From positions 1 to 64,000 of the forward strand of contig JAVZLQ010000001.1 of NCBI GenBank assembly GCA_038883655.1: a stretch of 64,000 bases of DNA, written 5' to 3'. The first letter of the stretch is position 1; each line of letters opens with the position of its first letter. The notes below the pieces were generated by a model. That model was not told the DNA's origin. It was given only the letters and a program-made list of their open reading frames with translations, and ran no database searches. The DNA is from Candidatus Bathyarchaeia archaeon (GTDB taxonomy: Archaea; Thermoproteota; Bathyarchaeia; Bathyarchaeales; Bathycorpusculaceae). Shown here in pieces: positions 27,920 through 37,936 of the stretch. The position numbers were made by a program, and so were the translations under genes.

Positions 27920-29603
27920 AATTGTACTCCATGAAAGCCTTTGTAAACTTCTTCATAAGTTCATATGGCTCTTCAACCACGCAGTTCACATGCACATAAT
28001 TCCTAACTGCGCGGCTGTTGACGCCTATGCCTATTACGCCTATGCCCTTTCTCTCGATGCTTTTGATTGTTTCTTTCAACTTTTCTTCTGCGCTGTCGTA
28101 GCCTGCTGGAAAGAAGTCGGAAACAATTACTAGGATTTTTGATTCTTCGAGGCGTTTTGTAAGTGCTTGAGCAGCAAGCATAACAGCATCTGGCAGATAC
28201 GTTAAGCCTCCATGCACCAATCCACCTATTCTCGCTTTAACGTGGGCATCATACTTTTCCGAAAAATCTTTTACAACGTAGAACTTATTGTTAAAAGCGT
28301 ATAAACCCCAAGAGTTTTGGTCTAAGATTAGCATTCTGGCAACTTCAGCTAGGCATAGTGCTATTCCTTGGACTTCTCCCTTGAATAGGCTTAGGCTGTG
28401 GCTTGCGTCTACAAGAATTGACCATGTGTCTTCTCTTGTTTGAAGCTCCTCCCTAACAAATATGTCGGTTCGCTGGCTTTTGCTTGCAATAACCTGTATC
28501 GCCTCTTGTAAGTCGACGAATCCGCTTTCTTGCCTGAAATCTTCTCCTCCAACATTCTTTAGGAGTCGCAGTTGGTGCATTATACGTCTTATTGGGCTGC
28601 TTAGAAGTTCCCGTTTTCTCTGAAACTCAGCGTAATCTTCTGCTGGGAAAACGAAGTCTTCAAACTTTGTGTCCTTTCCAATTTCAACGTAGTTTCTTAA
28701 AATTTTTGATTTCGCTTTTTCATACTCGCACCATGCCGTTAGGGCTTGATGCGCCTCACTCTCCTTCAAACTTTGCAAGGCATCATCTAATTTTTCTTTG
28801 CCATACACTTCTATGCGCAAGGCGTTTAGTGCTTCACTTAAAATTTTTTGGATTTCCTCCTCTTTTGGTATTCGCGGTTCATAGAATAGGTCGTTTGTTC
28901 CGTGACTTTCCGTGTACAATAGCGATGGTACTTCAAATGTTTCTCCGTAAATGTTTATTGCGTCATAAATTTTTGTGGCGGCGTCCAAGCGCTTCTCAAA
29001 AGTTGAGTTTTCTTCTAGTCTCTTGAGGATTGATGTTACTGCCTCAACGTCTGTAAGCATGTCATCTTTGAGTTTTCCTTTTACTTTTCCTAGATTGCAA
29101 TTTTGCAGCAGTGAAGCCATAACCCGAGATGGATCATTCGGCAGTTCATCTACTGCTTTCATCCGGAGAAACGAGATAGCGTTTGCGTATGCAATTTCCG
29201 GCAGCATCCATGGAAAGACGTTTGCTATGCGTTCGTTTACTATTGCGTCTTCAATTAGGCTTAGAACGAAAGTTGCCACGTGCGGGTTTTTGCCGCGTCC
29301 CCATTTTGAATATGCCGCAAAATTTGATGATTGTAAGTGCATGCAGAAATGATAAACTGAAGCTTTAAACAGAAACCAGATAATCTTCTTATGTGTTGGG
29401 TTTTGGAGGTTAAATTTTAGTCCTTGGAAAAGGGCATATTTCTCATTTAGTTTTCTTGGTTTTATAAGGTGTAGAACATAGCCGTTACCATCCCTTCCAA
29501 GGTATGGATACCTCAACTCGTCATGTAAAAGAATTTTCATTTCAGCATACGTTTTGCGCGTTGTTTGATGTGCGGTTGACCAGCAAAAATCAAAAAAGTT
29601 CAA
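27912..29603 (-). CDS. VWA-domain protein (CbbO/NorD-like MoxR partner)
   Basis: C-terminal MIDAS: LVDASHS, GGLT, IVSD; IGVIGIGV; N-terminal SLIEDAIV. Confidence 0.85.
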   Translation of the reverse strand: MNFFDFCWSTAHQTTRKTYAEMKILLHDELRYPYLGRDGNGYVLHLIKPRKLNEKYALFQGLKFNLQNPTHKKIIWFLFKASVYHFCMHLQSSNFAAYSKWGRGKNPHVATFVLSLIEDAIVNERIANVFPWMLPEIAYANAISFLRMKAVDELPNDPSRVMASLLQNCNLGKVKGKLKDDMLTDVEAVTSILKRLEENSTFEKRLDAATKIYDAINIYGETFEVPSLLYTESHGTNDLFYEPRIPKEEEIQKILSEALNALRIEVYGKEKLDDALQSLKESEAHQALTAWCEYEKAKSKILRNYVEIGKDTKFEDFVFPAEDYAEFQRKRELLSSPIRRIMHQLRLLKNVGGEDFRQESGFVDLQEAIQVIASKSQRTDIFVREELQTREDTWSILVDASHSLSLFKGEVQGIALCLAEVARMLILDQNSWGLYAFNNKFYVVKDFSEKYDAHVKARIGGLVHGGLTYLPDAVMLAAQALTKRLEESKILVIVSDFFPAGYDSAEEKLKETIKSIERKGIGVIGIGVNSRAVRNYVHVNCVVEEPYELMKKFTKAFMEYNSS

Positions 29604-29622
29604 GGTTTAAACCCAATTTAGC

Positions 29623-30729
29623 TTATCCGAACATGGATTCGATGACGCGTTTTACGGCTGCCTGCACCTCAACATCGTCGCTCGTTGTTCCAACAATGGT
29701 TTCGACAGCTGCCTCTATTGGGTTGACGCCATCAGCAATCAATGTTGCCCAGTTGATTAGGTCTCCTGGCGAAGGTCCGTAGGGCAGGTCGCCGTTCTTG
29801 TATTGCCTTCTAAGTTCTGCGCCTGCCCTAACTATTTTTTCAGCTATCTTTTCGTCTACGCCGCTTCTTTTCATTATTAGTTCTATTTCGTCGCGGGATA
29901 TTTTGTCGCCCACGCTTAGATAGTCAAAGTTTATCCAAACTGCCATTCTCCGCCTTAAAGCCGCGTTTAATGGTTTTGTTCCGATGAATTCTGCTGAAAA
30001 CGGGTTCATTGATATTACCAAATAGCCGTAGGGGTGCCTCTTCACTATCTCGTTATCCTTCTCCGTTAAAACAATGTGCCCCCTCGTGTCTAAGACTGGG
30101 TTTAGCCTCGTCGCGATGTCTTGTTTCATCATGTTTGCCTCGTCTAGGTATAGGATGCCGCCTTGTCTGCACCACATCACTATTTGTCCGTCAATCCAGT
30201 TTTCCTTGCCTAATCCTATGTACCTTCCAAAAAGATCATAGGCGGACGTTTGCAGTCCACAGTTGATTTCCCACATCGGCAAGCCGCAGAGTTCAGCAAT
30301 TAAGTAGACAATGTGTGTTTTTCCCGTTCCGCTTGGACCGATTAGGGCACATTGTTTGAAGTAGTATAGGGCGCGCACTATTCTTTCGACGTAGTTGAAG
30401 CCTCTGTCTACGTATTCTGGAGTGTTTCTTGGTATAAGTGATTGTACGGTTTCTGGGAAGGCGTATCCTGGATGTAAGTCGTACTTGTCTATGCGGTATT
30501 TTTTGCGGAGTTCCGCGTATGTTGGGGAGTCTATGTTCGCCGATTTTGTTATTGAGACGGAAAGCTTCGTGTCTTTTACTGCTGTTTTTATTTGTTTTTC
30601 GACGACGTAGACTGCGTTGCCTTTTTCCTTTTTTCCGCCTTGGAATCCGAAGCCGACAGCGCTTGCTACTAATGGTTTTTCGGTTAATTTTTGTTTGTTG
30701 TTTGACAAATTTGCCCCTCGCTTTTTCAT
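29623..30729 (-). CDS. MoxR AAA+ ATPase (CbbQ/NirQ/NorQ/GpvN type)
   Basis: GPSGTGKT, LYLDEAN, SMNP, LNAALRRR. Confidence 0.92.
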   Translation of the reverse strand: MKKRGANLSNNKQKLTEKPLVASAVGFGFQGGKKEKGNAVYVVEKQIKTAVKDTKLSVSITKSANIDSPTYAELRKKYRIDKYDLHPGYAFPETVQSLIPRNTPEYVDRGFNYVERIVRALYYFKQCALIGPSGTGKTHIVYLIAELCGLPMWEINCGLQTSAYDLFGRYIGLGKENWIDGQIVMWCRQGGILYLDEANMMKQDIATRLNPVLDTRGHIVLTEKDNEIVKRHPYGYLVISMNPFSAEFIGTKPLNAALRRRMAVWINFDYLSVGDKISRDEIELIMKRSGVDEKIAEKIVRAGAELRRQYKNGDLPYGPSPGDLINWATLIADGVNPIEAAVETIVGTTSDDVEVQAAVKRVIESMFG

Positions 30730-30799
30730 GAATGTTATTGGCGAGAACTGATTTAAATCTTACTTCTCACGATTCAATACATGCTATTAAGCGCACAAA

Positions 30800-31069
30800 T
30801 TACAACAGGAGCTCACTCAAAACACCGTTAAGCTCGCTTTTGTCCTTTAAATTTCTAAAAATGGCTTTTCCAGTGCCATAAAGCCTAAAGGAAATTCCTT
30901 TGAAGGTCAATTCGAAAATTATGTTGGAGATTGACTTTTCCATTTTAGCTTTTTCCAGAATTTTCGCGATTGCTTGGTCTTTTTTGTCATATTTGAAAAT
31001 TATAATGAAGGCTTTTTCTTCACCGCATGTTTCTTCTATTCTGGCAACATAATCTTCAACAGAACCCAT
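30800..31069 (-). CDS. Small hypothetical protein coupled to sufS
   Basis: Start overlaps the sufS stop (TAATG); 89 aa, IEETCG, FRLYGTGK. Confidence 0.7.
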   Translation of the reverse strand: MGSVEDYVARIEETCGEEKAFIIIFKYDKKDQAIAKILEKAKMEKSISNIIFELTFKGISFRLYGTGKAIFRNLKDKSELNGVLSELLL

Positions 31070-32304
31070 TAGATTTGCTCAATCTCCTTCAAAATTTCTA
31101 CAAACCTATCAACTTCCTCGCGTGTGTTGTAAATATAAAAGCTTATTCTTGCTGAGGATTGCAGTTTGAAAACTTGATGGAGTGGTTGGGCGCAGTGGAA
31201 ACCGCTCCGAATCATAATTCCATAGTTGTCAAGGAAGAGGGCAATGTCATGAGAACTTAAGCCCTCAATATTAAACGGGATTATTCCACATTTGATTGCG
31301 GCATCTTTGAGTCCGTAGATCCTAACTTTTTTGCATTCTTGCATACGCTGCATGGCGTAGGCCGTTAATTGGCACTCATGTGCCTTAACGTTTTCCATTC
31401 CAATTTTGCGAAGGTACCTTACTGCTTCCATCAAGCCTACGCCGCCACAGACATTTGGTGTTCCCGCCTCAAATTTCCATGGCAGTTCGTTCCATGTTAT
31501 GTTGCAGCGTTTCGTCCTTTCATTGTATGATACTTCCCTTATCATTTCTCCTCCGCCTTGATAAGGCACCATTTCCTCGAGTATTTCGCTTTTGCCGTAG
31601 AGAACGCCTATGCCTGTTGGACCGAGCATCTTGTGCCCAGAAAAGGCTAAAAAATCCACGTCTAAATCTTTGACGTTTATTGGTAGATGCGGGACGGATT
31701 GTGCTCCGTCAACAAGCATTAAAGCGTCGTGTTCGTGGGCTATTTTCGCTATTCTTTTCACGTCATTTACTACGCCGGTGACGTTTGAGACGTGGGAAAC
31801 GCAGACTATTCTGGTTTTGTTGGAAATTAGGCTTTCAAGAGACTCAAAGTTTAGGGTTCCGTCGCTATTAACTTCAGCATACTTAACCTTGAACCCGTTT
31901 ACTTTGGAGAGGATTTCCCATGGCACAATGTTGCTGTGGTGCTCCATCAAGGTTACAATGACTTCGTCGTCTTTCTTTAGGTTGTAGAGCCCCCATGCGT
32001 AAGCAACGAGGTTTATGGCTTCGGTTGTGCCTCGGACAAAGATTATTTCTTCCATGCCCTTCGCGTTTATGAAATTCGCGACTTCTTCATGTGCACTTTC
32101 ATAAAGTTCAGATGCTTCCTGCGATAATGTGTGGACCGCTCTGTGGACGTTTGCGTTGTGTGCTTCATAGAAGTTCTTGATTGCTTCAATCACTTGTTTT
32201 GGCTTTTGCGATGTAGCTGCATTGTCAAAATAGATTAGTGGGTGACCGTTTATTTTGCGCTTTAAAATTGGGAAGTCTTCGCGAATCTTGTAGGGGTCAA
32301 ACAT
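31069..32304 (-). CDS. sufS: Cysteine desulfurase, SufS (group II)
   Basis: FDNAATSQKP, EHHSN, DGAQ, SGHKM, FEAGT, RSGFHCA. Confidence 0.95.
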   Translation of the reverse strand: MFDPYKIREDFPILKRKINGHPLIYFDNAATSQKPKQVIEAIKNFYEAHNANVHRAVHTLSQEASELYESAHEEVANFINAKGMEEIIFVRGTTEAINLVAYAWGLYNLKKDDEVIVTLMEHHSNIVPWEILSKVNGFKVKYAEVNSDGTLNFESLESLISNKTRIVCVSHVSNVTGVVNDVKRIAKIAHEHDALMLVDGAQSVPHLPINVKDLDVDFLAFSGHKMLGPTGIGVLYGKSEILEEMVPYQGGGEMIREVSYNERTKRCNITWNELPWKFEAGTPNVCGGVGLMEAVRYLRKIGMENVKAHECQLTAYAMQRMQECKKVRIYGLKDAAIKCGIIPFNIEGLSSHDIALFLDNYGIMIRSGFHCAQPLHQVFKLQSSARISFYIYNTREEVDRFVEILKEIEQI

Positions 32305-32804
32305 TATCTTCCCTCAGCTAACTTCATTCGCTTTGATAGGATTCGCGCTAATTCTTCCTCTTCCAATGCCTGTTTTTCTTCAAAGCTTAGTTCTTCTTGA
32401 AGCCAGTTTGGTGTTGCGCCCTTTTCCTTATAATATTTTCTTATGGCTCTTTTTAGTGCGCCTACGGCGAGGATGCCGCAGTGAAACTTTATGCTTGGCA
32501 GTCCGCCTACTGCTTCTGCCACGCTTTTCCAAGAGATTTTCCAAGCGTCTTCAAGTTTCATACCCTTAATCATTTCTGTGACGATGCTTGATGTGGCAAT
32601 GTTTGCGGCGCATCCGTAACTTTCAAATGTGGCTTTTTCGATGAAGTCTTGCTCGTTTATTTTTAGGTAGAAGGTTATCATGTCTCCGCATGCTGGGTTT
32701 CCAGCAACCGCCGTTACGGTGGCGTCTTCCATCTTACCGAGATTTTTTGGGTTCCTAAACAACTCAAGAACCTTTGGGTTATATGGTAATGGCATCCGCG
32801 ACAT
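32304..32804 (-). CDS. iscU: Fe-S cluster scaffold IscU/NifU-like
   Basis: GNPACGD, YGCAA, LPSIKFHC. Confidence 0.92.
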   Translation of the reverse strand: MSRMPLPYNPKVLELFRNPKNLGKMEDATVTAVAGNPACGDMITFYLKINEQDFIEKATFESYGCAANIATSSIVTEMIKGMKLEDAWKISWKSVAEAVGGLPSIKFHCGILAVGALKRAIRKYYKEKGATPNWLQEELSFEEKQALEEEELARILSKRMKLAEGR

Positions 32805-34039
32805 CAGTTTTCAACTCCTGTCGAGCCAGTTATCTCCCTTATCCTTTGAACAGCTTTTGGGATGACGTCCAAAACATAGTTTATATCCTCTTCCTTATGA
32901 TAACGCGTAACCTTCATTAATATGCTTCCATGCGCCTCCTCGAACTTTCTTCCAATGGCAACAAGAACATGGCTTGGCTGAAGAAGCCTTCTCGTGCATG
33001 CGCTTCCACTTGAAACATAAACACCGTTTAGGCTAAGTTCAATCGTTAAGGCTTCTCCCTCGCATCTAAGAAAGCTTATGTTCAAGTTGTCTGGTGCCCG
33101 TCTGTCGCCCCTCGGTCCATTAAGTTTAACGTCTGAAACTCTTTCTATTATCCCATTTAACAGTTTGTCCCGCAATCCTCGCATATAACGGACGTTTTCA
33201 TCAAAATTTTGAAATGCAAGCTCGGAAGCCTTGGCAAAACCAACTATGAGCGGAGTGTTTTCAACGCCAGGCCATAACTTTTGTGTTCCAATTTGGCCCT
33301 CCAGAATTTTTTCGATGTTGACGCCTTCTTTCACGTATAGTGCGCCTATTCCGCGTGGTCCCAAGATTTTGTAGCTGCTTATTGTGGCTAAATCCACGTT
33401 TAGGCCTTTAACGTTGAAGTTTATTTTTCCGTAGGCGTCTGACGCGTCTGTGTGGAAAAGTGCTTCTGGGTTTTTGTCTTTGACTATTTCTATTGCTTCT
33501 TTTATTGGCTGTATTGTTCCAATTTCATTGTTTGCAAGCGCAAAGCTTGCTAGGGCTGTCTCCTTGTCAACGGCTTCCTTTAGCTTTTCAAGTTTTATGA
33601 AGCCTTCCTCATCGACTGGCACTTTCACCGTGGAAAAGCCGTATTTTTGAAGCATCTCTGTAACATGTATTATGCTTATTGGCTCTATTTCTGAAATGAC
33701 AACTTTCTTGCATTTGCCTCGCATTGAAAAGGCGGCCCCCATCAACGCCAAGTTGTTTGCTTCTGTTTCGCCTGGAGTAAAAGTGATTTCCTCAAGTGTT
33801 TTGCATCCGAGGAAGTTGGCGATTTTTTGCGCGTTTTCCATTATTGTTTCTAGGGCTTCCCATCCTGGCTTATGCGTTAATGTTGGGTTACCATAAGCCC
33901 GCCTGTTATAGTATGGGAGCATTGCTTCAATAACTTCTTCTGGGACAAAGCTGGAGTTTTCAATGTCCAAGTAAACTTCCATTTTCAGTCTTTCATGCGC
34001 TTTTAGGAGCTCTCTAACATTCTCAATCATTGTTTTCAA
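32804..34039 (-). CDS. IscS/NifS-like protein with a degenerate PLP/substrate site
   Basis: Group I fold motifs NNEIG, HTDA, SYKILGP, SSGSACT are present; several catalytic residues are substituted (see findings). Confidence 0.85.
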   Translation of the reverse strand: MKTMIENVRELLKAHERLKMEVYLDIENSSFVPEEVIEAMLPYYNRRAYGNPTLTHKPGWEALETIMENAQKIANFLGCKTLEEITFTPGETEANNLALMGAAFSMRGKCKKVVISEIEPISIIHVTEMLQKYGFSTVKVPVDEEGFIKLEKLKEAVDKETALASFALANNEIGTIQPIKEAIEIVKDKNPEALFHTDASDAYGKINFNVKGLNVDLATISSYKILGPRGIGALYVKEGVNIEKILEGQIGTQKLWPGVENTPLIVGFAKASELAFQNFDENVRYMRGLRDKLLNGIIERVSDVKLNGPRGDRRAPDNLNISFLRCEGEALTIELSLNGVYVSSGSACTRRLLQPSHVLVAIGRKFEEAHGSILMKVTRYHKEEDINYVLDVIPKAVQRIREITGSTGVEN

Positions 34040-34249
34040 GTCCTTGCGCTAACCATAACCTAAATAGGCTTTAGCTTATAGAAAAAGGTATTTGGCTTCG
34101 CGCACGCCTAACATCATTCCACTCTAAATGGAATTTGAACATTTTTCAGTTTTATTTTCCCTACCCCCTCCCTCTCTAGAATTTTCAATAATGTTTTAAA
34201 TCCGCAGTACTCTTTTAGAGTTTGCAGCAGAGAAATAGGCGTATGAAAC

Positions 34250-36481
34250 TTGCGAATAACAGACTTACCCGTTCCAGAGTCGGTTAAAGAGGTGCTCATT
34301 AGATGCGGAATTGTTGAGCTTTATCCACCGCAGGAAGAGGCGGTTAGGGCTGGAGCTTTGGATGGGCGGAACCTTGTTTTGGCTAGTCCAACGGCTTCTG
34401 GTAAAACATTGGTTGCCGAGCTATGTGCCTTAAAGCATGTTTTGGAGAAGGATGGAAAGGTTATTTATTTGACGCCTTTGAGGGCTTTGGCTAACGAGAA
34501 GTTTGAGGAATTTAAGAAATACGCTTCTCTTAGGAAAAGTGATGGCGGAAGGGTTCGCGTTGGCATAAGCACTGGCGACTTTGACAGTAGCGACCCGTGG
34601 CTGGAAAGGTATGACATAATAGTTACCACTAATGAGAAGGCGGATTCGCTTTTGAGGCATAGAGCTAAGTGGATGGATGAAATTTCGCTTATAATAGCTG
34701 ACGAAGTGCACTTGCTTAATGACGCAGAAAGGGGGCCAACGCTCGAGGTTGTTTTGGCAAGGTTTATGCAAATAAACCCAGATGTGCAGATTTTAGCTTT
34801 AAGCGCCACAATAAACAATGTTGAGGAAATTGCAGCTTGGCTTAAGGCGGGCTACGTTACAACGGAGTGGCGTCCAATACTCTTGAAGGAGGGTGTTCTC
34901 CTTCACGATGAAGTTCAATTTAAGGATGGGGATGCGTACAAAATAGAGCGAAAAACAAAGAATTCAGCGATAAATTTGGCGTTAAGTACTGTTAAAGCGG
35001 GTGGTCAAGCGTTAATTTTTGCCTCAACACGGAAAAACGCTGTTTTGTTGGCGAAGAAAGTTGCTGGCGAAATCGAGGGAGTTCTGTCAAAGCCAATAAG
35101 GCGTTCTCTTGAGCACGAATCAGAGAAGATTTTAGCTGCTGGAGAAAAAACGCGCGTAAGCGAAACTTTGGCGGAACTTGTTAAGCGTGGAACAGCTTTT
35201 CACCATGCTGGTTTGGGCGGAGCACACCGTAAGCTAATTGAGGATGCGTTTCGTGAAGGAAAAATTAAGGTTTTGACTGCTACGCCTACGTTGGCTTTCG
35301 GTGTAAACTTGCCCGCAAGAACAGTGGTTATCCAAGATTATAGGCGGTATGAGCCTGGTTATGGCTATTACCCAATAAGCGTTTTGGAGTACAAGCAGAT
35401 GGCTGGTAGGGCTGGCAGACCAAAATACGACAAGGTTGGTGAGGCTATTCTAATCGCTAAAACCAGTGATGAAGCCGATTATCTCATGGAAAGCTACATT
35501 TTGGCAAGTCCAGAACGGATATGGTCTAGGCTGGCGGTAGAACGCATATTAAGATCTCATGTTTTGGCTACAATAGCTGCGGATTTCGCGCACACAGAAC
35601 GTGGAATCTACGAGTTTTTCGGCAAAACGTTCTATGCCTACCAGTACGAAACTGGCGCAATGAAGGGCATAATCGCTAAGATTCTCAAGTATCTTTACGA
35701 CGAGGAAATGATTGACGTTGCTGGCGAAAACATTTACGCAACAAAGTTCGGAAGACGCGTAAGCGAACTCTACATAGACCCAGTTTCAGCCGTCATCATA
35801 CGTAAAGCTTTAAGACGCAAACCTGCATACCTAACAGAGTTTAGCCTCCTTCACCTAATCTCGCATACTCCAGACATGGGACCGATACTGAGACCGTTTT
35901 CCCGCGAACTTGACGAAATTGCGGTTTTCACGGAACAGCACAGAGACGAATTTCTTGTTGACGTGCCAGACGAGTGGGAAGACCGCATCGCTTACGAGCA
36001 GTTTCTGGGAGAAGTTAAAACGGCATTGGTTCTCAACGCTTGGATAGAAGAGAAAAGCGAAGACGAAATAATAGAGCGGTTTAGGACGCAGCCAGGCGAC
36101 CTGTATAGAACTGTGGAGAACGCCAAGTGGCTCCTTTACGCAACACACGAGTTGGGCGTGTTATTTGGCAACAAAGAAATTTTACCGTTAGCCCTTGAGC
36201 TTATGGAACGCGTAGAAAAAGGCGTTAAGAGGGAACTGCTGCCCATCGTGAAGTTGGAGGGCGTCGGCAGAGTCCGCGGACGAATACTCTACAACGCTGG
36301 ATACAAAACAATAGAAGACATAAAACTGGCAGCCATTGAAGACCTCATGAACCTTCCACTTATAGGACCAAGACTAGCGAAGAAGATAAAGGAACAGGTC
36401 GGCGGTTTCGTTAAGAAGGAAACGTGGGAGAAACTCGAAAAGGAAAATGTTTGGAAACAGAAGGCGCTGACAGAATATTAA
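34250..36481 (+). CDS. hel308: Ski2-like DNA helicase Hel308/Hjm
   Basis: PTASGKT, DEVH, LSAT, FHHAGL, TPTLAFGVNLP, QMAGRAGR, GVGRVRGR HhH. Confidence 0.95.
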   Translation: MRITDLPVPESVKEVLIRCGIVELYPPQEEAVRAGALDGRNLVLASPTASGKTLVAELCALKHVLEKDGKVIYLTPLRALANEKFEEFKKYASLRKSDGGRVRVGISTGDFDSSDPWLERYDIIVTTNEKADSLLRHRAKWMDEISLIIADEVHLLNDAERGPTLEVVLARFMQINPDVQILALSATINNVEEIAAWLKAGYVTTEWRPILLKEGVLLHDEVQFKDGDAYKIERKTKNSAINLALSTVKAGGQALIFASTRKNAVLLAKKVAGEIEGVLSKPIRRSLEHESEKILAAGEKTRVSETLAELVKRGTAFHHAGLGGAHRKLIEDAFREGKIKVLTATPTLAFGVNLPARTVVIQDYRRYEPGYGYYPISVLEYKQMAGRAGRPKYDKVGEAILIAKTSDEADYLMESYILASPERIWSRLAVERILRSHVLATIAADFAHTERGIYEFFGKTFYAYQYETGAMKGIIAKILKYLYDEEMIDVAGENIYATKFGRRVSELYIDPVSAVIIRKALRRKPAYLTEFSLLHLISHTPDMGPILRPFSRELDEIAVFTEQHRDEFLVDVPDEWEDRIAYEQFLGEVKTALVLNAWIEEKSEDEIIERFRTQPGDLYRTVENAKWLLYATHELGVLFGNKEILPLALELMERVEKGVKRELLPIVKLEGVGRVRGRILYNAGYKTIEDIKLAAIEDLMNLPLIGPRLAKKIKEQVGGFVKKETWEKLEKENVWKQKALTEY

Positions 36482-37842
36482 ATGCCGCGGGCTTTTCGTT
36501 CTTTCTTTGTCTTCTCAACCATAAGGTTAACTTGTTCTATTGCTGTGCCAAGGTAATTTTTAGGGTTCAAAGCAGCGTCAATCTCTTCCGCACTAAGCTT
36601 AGAACGCACAGTCTTATCTTCAAGGAGAACTTCTCTAAAATGTCGCCCTTCCGCCTCACTTTTCGCAGAAAGTCTTCTGAGAAGTTCATGTGCCTCTTGG
36701 CGACTTATGCCCTTCCTCGTTAACGCTATCATTACTGCTTCTGACATTGCACGTCCCTTGGTTAGTTCCAAATTTTCCAGCATGCGCTTCTCATCAACAT
36801 ACAAATTCGCAATTATGTTCGTCATTAAGAAGAGCATGTAGTCGACTAGGATGCATGCTTCTGGAAAAATGAAACGCTCCGCAGAAGACTGCGTCAAATC
36901 GCGTTCATGCCACGTTGTAATGTTCTCCAAGACTGGGACAACTAGGCTTCGCACTATTCTAGCTAAGCCACAGATTCTCTCGCATATTTCGGGATTACGC
37001 TTATGCGGCATAGTTGAGCTGCCAACCTGTCTTTCAACCTCGAACGGCTCGAAAAGCTCTCCAATTTCTGGTCTCTGAAGCTCCCGAATCTCGGTGGCGA
37101 AATTCTCAAGCGAAGAGGCGATAAGCGCAAGAATGCATACGATTTCGGCGTGGCGGTCGCGCTGCACAATCTGCGTTGAAATATCTGCGGGCTTAATTCC
37201 CAACCGTTGCATGACAAGCTCCTGAACTTTCATGGCGTTTGCGCCTAAACCCGCCTGTGTTCCCACGGCACCGCTCATTTTGCCAACTAAGGCGCGTTCT
37301 TTGCATTGTCTGAGCCTTTCGATGTGTCTTGAGATTTCCCGCATCCAAACTGCAAACTTGAATCCCAAAGTTATTGGCAAGGCGTGTTGTCCGTGTGTTC
37401 TTCCGATCATGAGCGTTTCCTTATACTGCATGGCTTTTTCCATCAAAACTTCTTCGAGGCTGTTGAGCCTCTTTTCGATTAACTCTAAAGCCTCTTTCAG
37501 TTGGAGGGCGTTCGCCGTGTCTACAATGTCATAGCTTGTTGCGCCAAAATGCACGTATGCGCCGCTTTTTCCGCAAACTTCGGCCAAAGCCCTAACAATC
37601 GCCATAATGTCATGCTTTATTTCTTGTTCAATCTCCTTTATTCTACTGATTTTAACGTATTTTGTGGAAGCCATGCTGATTATTTTCTCTGCATCCTTTC
37701 GTGGGATGTTACCAACTTCGGCGTGCGCCCAAGCCAATGCGGCCTCAACGTCAAGCATTTTTTGGATGCGCGTTTCCTCTTCAAATATCCGTCGCATCTC
37801 AGGAGTGCCGTAACGTCCCGTATCTATTGGTAAGATGGGCAA
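36478..37842 (-). CDS. purB: Adenylosuccinate lyase
   Basis: KHD, HFGATSYD, GRTHGQHA, GSSTMPHKRNP. Confidence 0.96.
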   Translation of the reverse strand: MPILPIDTGRYGTPEMRRIFEEETRIQKMLDVEAALAWAHAEVGNIPRKDAEKIISMASTKYVKISRIKEIEQEIKHDIMAIVRALAEVCGKSGAYVHFGATSYDIVDTANALQLKEALELIEKRLNSLEEVLMEKAMQYKETLMIGRTHGQHALPITLGFKFAVWMREISRHIERLRQCKERALVGKMSGAVGTQAGLGANAMKVQELVMQRLGIKPADISTQIVQRDRHAEIVCILALIASSLENFATEIRELQRPEIGELFEPFEVERQVGSSTMPHKRNPEICERICGLARIVRSLVVPVLENITTWHERDLTQSSAERFIFPEACILVDYMLFLMTNIIANLYVDEKRMLENLELTKGRAMSEAVMIALTRKGISRQEAHELLRRLSAKSEAEGRHFREVLLEDKTVRSKLSAEEIDAALNPKNYLGTAIEQVNLMVEKTKKERKARGI

Positions 37843-37936
37843 GTCTTTTTCCCTCGCAGAGAGTTAAGACAATTAAGGATTAATGTTTTACCGAAGCATT
37901 AAATGGTAACAGCCCCTAACTGAAGGAGTCAAGCAC

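Noticed and set aside
29623-30729. Gas-vesicle GvpN or Rubisco activase CbbQ assignment
   Set aside because: No gvpA, rbcL or nor genes in the window; only the family-level call is supported
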